Shown here piece by piece: positions 63,615-64,000 of a stretch of 64,000 nt of DNA; positions within the stretch are counted from its first letter, which is position 1, and each line of letters opens with the position of its first letter. A program made the translations under genes and the position numbers. Source of the stretch: Acidobacteriota bacterium (GTDB taxonomy: Bacteria; Acidobacteriota; Blastocatellia; Pyrinomonadales; Pyrinomonadaceae); contig JAFAOW010000173.1 of assembly GCA_019247455.1 (NCBI GenBank), positions 191 to 64,190 on the forward strand, given 5' to 3'. The notes under the pieces were generated by a model that worked only from the letters and a program-made list of their open reading frames with translations, was not told the DNA's origin and did not search any database.

Positions 63615-64000
63615 CTAAAGTTTCTCGAGTCGAAGGTCATCGAACCAGACGATCCCGCTTATAGGGCAGTCTTCCCCGCAAAAGGCCCTCCCGACGCTGA
63701 TCACGATGCCATCGCAATTTTTTGGAACAGAGATGTCGACAGAAAATTCCTGCCAGTCATTTGTACCCTGCGCTACTGCCGCGGACTGGACGAGCACGCC
63801 ATCATCCACACCATTCTGAACAGTGATAAGCGGATTCCCGCCGCTTCGCAGATTTTCGGTTCTGGCCCAAAAGCGAAGTCGGTATTTCTTACCGGATTCG
63901 ACCACTACGGTTTGGAGCGGATCCAGGAATGTCGGCTGCTTCGTCCCGCGAAACGTCAATCTCAGCGATCGAGTTCCTTCGTGGCTTACGCGATTGTCAG
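63615..64000 (-). CDS. C-terminal part of a protein with a CBM4_9-like carbohydrate-binding / jelly-roll domain (5' end outside the window)
   Basis: The frame stays open past the TTG at 63959 up to the window edge (..DNRVSHEGTRSLRLTFRGTKQ..). YRLRFWARTENL...NDWQEFSVDISVP...VWFDDLRL resembles CBM-type beta-sandwich domains. Confidence 0.55.
   Translation of the reverse strand, partial: DNRVSHEGTRSLRLTFRGTKQPTFLDPLQTVVVESGKKYRLRFWARTENLRSGGNPLITVQNGVDDGVLVQSAAVAQGTNDWQEFSVDISVPKNCDGIVISVGRAFCGEDCPISGIVWFDDLRLEKL

Overview
By eye this is a moderately GC-rich bacterial chromosomal segment. It is most likely from an Acidobacteriota-type genome. That is an inference from an acidobacterial-type secreted VWA protein, many TPR proteins, an NxxGxxAF-repeat giant protein and a compact gene layout. 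I saw no transposase, integrase, CRISPR array or rRNA. The right third (about 43.9-58.5 kb, minus strand) is a division/cell-wall (dcw) cluster: rsmH-ftsL-ftsI-murF-mraY-murD-ftsW-murG-murC-ftsQ-ftsA-ftsZ. It lacks mraZ, murE, murB and ddl. Downstream on the same strand lie pdxA, a receiver-domain protein and valS. The left half is more accessory. It holds a 5'-truncated UvrC-like gene, an EXORDIUM/Phi_1-like secreted protein, a 2,100-aa thioester alpha-2-macroglobulin, a PspA/IM30 gene flanked by two different ATP-grasp ligases, a 1,250-aa NxxGxxAF/thrombospondin-type-3 repeat protein, an ECF sigma/anti-sigma pair, a Zn-ribbon/Ser-Thr-kinase/TPR operon, tRNA-Arg(ACG), an M3 peptidase, an NtrY/NtrX-like two-component pair, nadC and a CPBP protease. 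The far right carries a ZIP transporter, psd-pssA, an O-antigen-ligase-like protein and a truncated CBM-like gene. I cannot demonstrate a novel system from sequence alone. The candidates most worth follow-up are (i) the PspA / TM-coiled-coil / ATP-grasp neighbourhood with a second, divergently transcribed ATP-grasp, (ii) three short heptanucleotide tandem-repeat arrays in untranslated regions, two of them directly in front of start codons that lack a Shine-Dalgarno, (iii) a long, possibly structured leader in front of psd-pssA, and (iv) the reduced dcw cluster with a 395-nt AT-rich region containing a perfect 16-bp palindrome where mraZ normally sits. All functional calls rest on motif recognition by eye; no database search was run.
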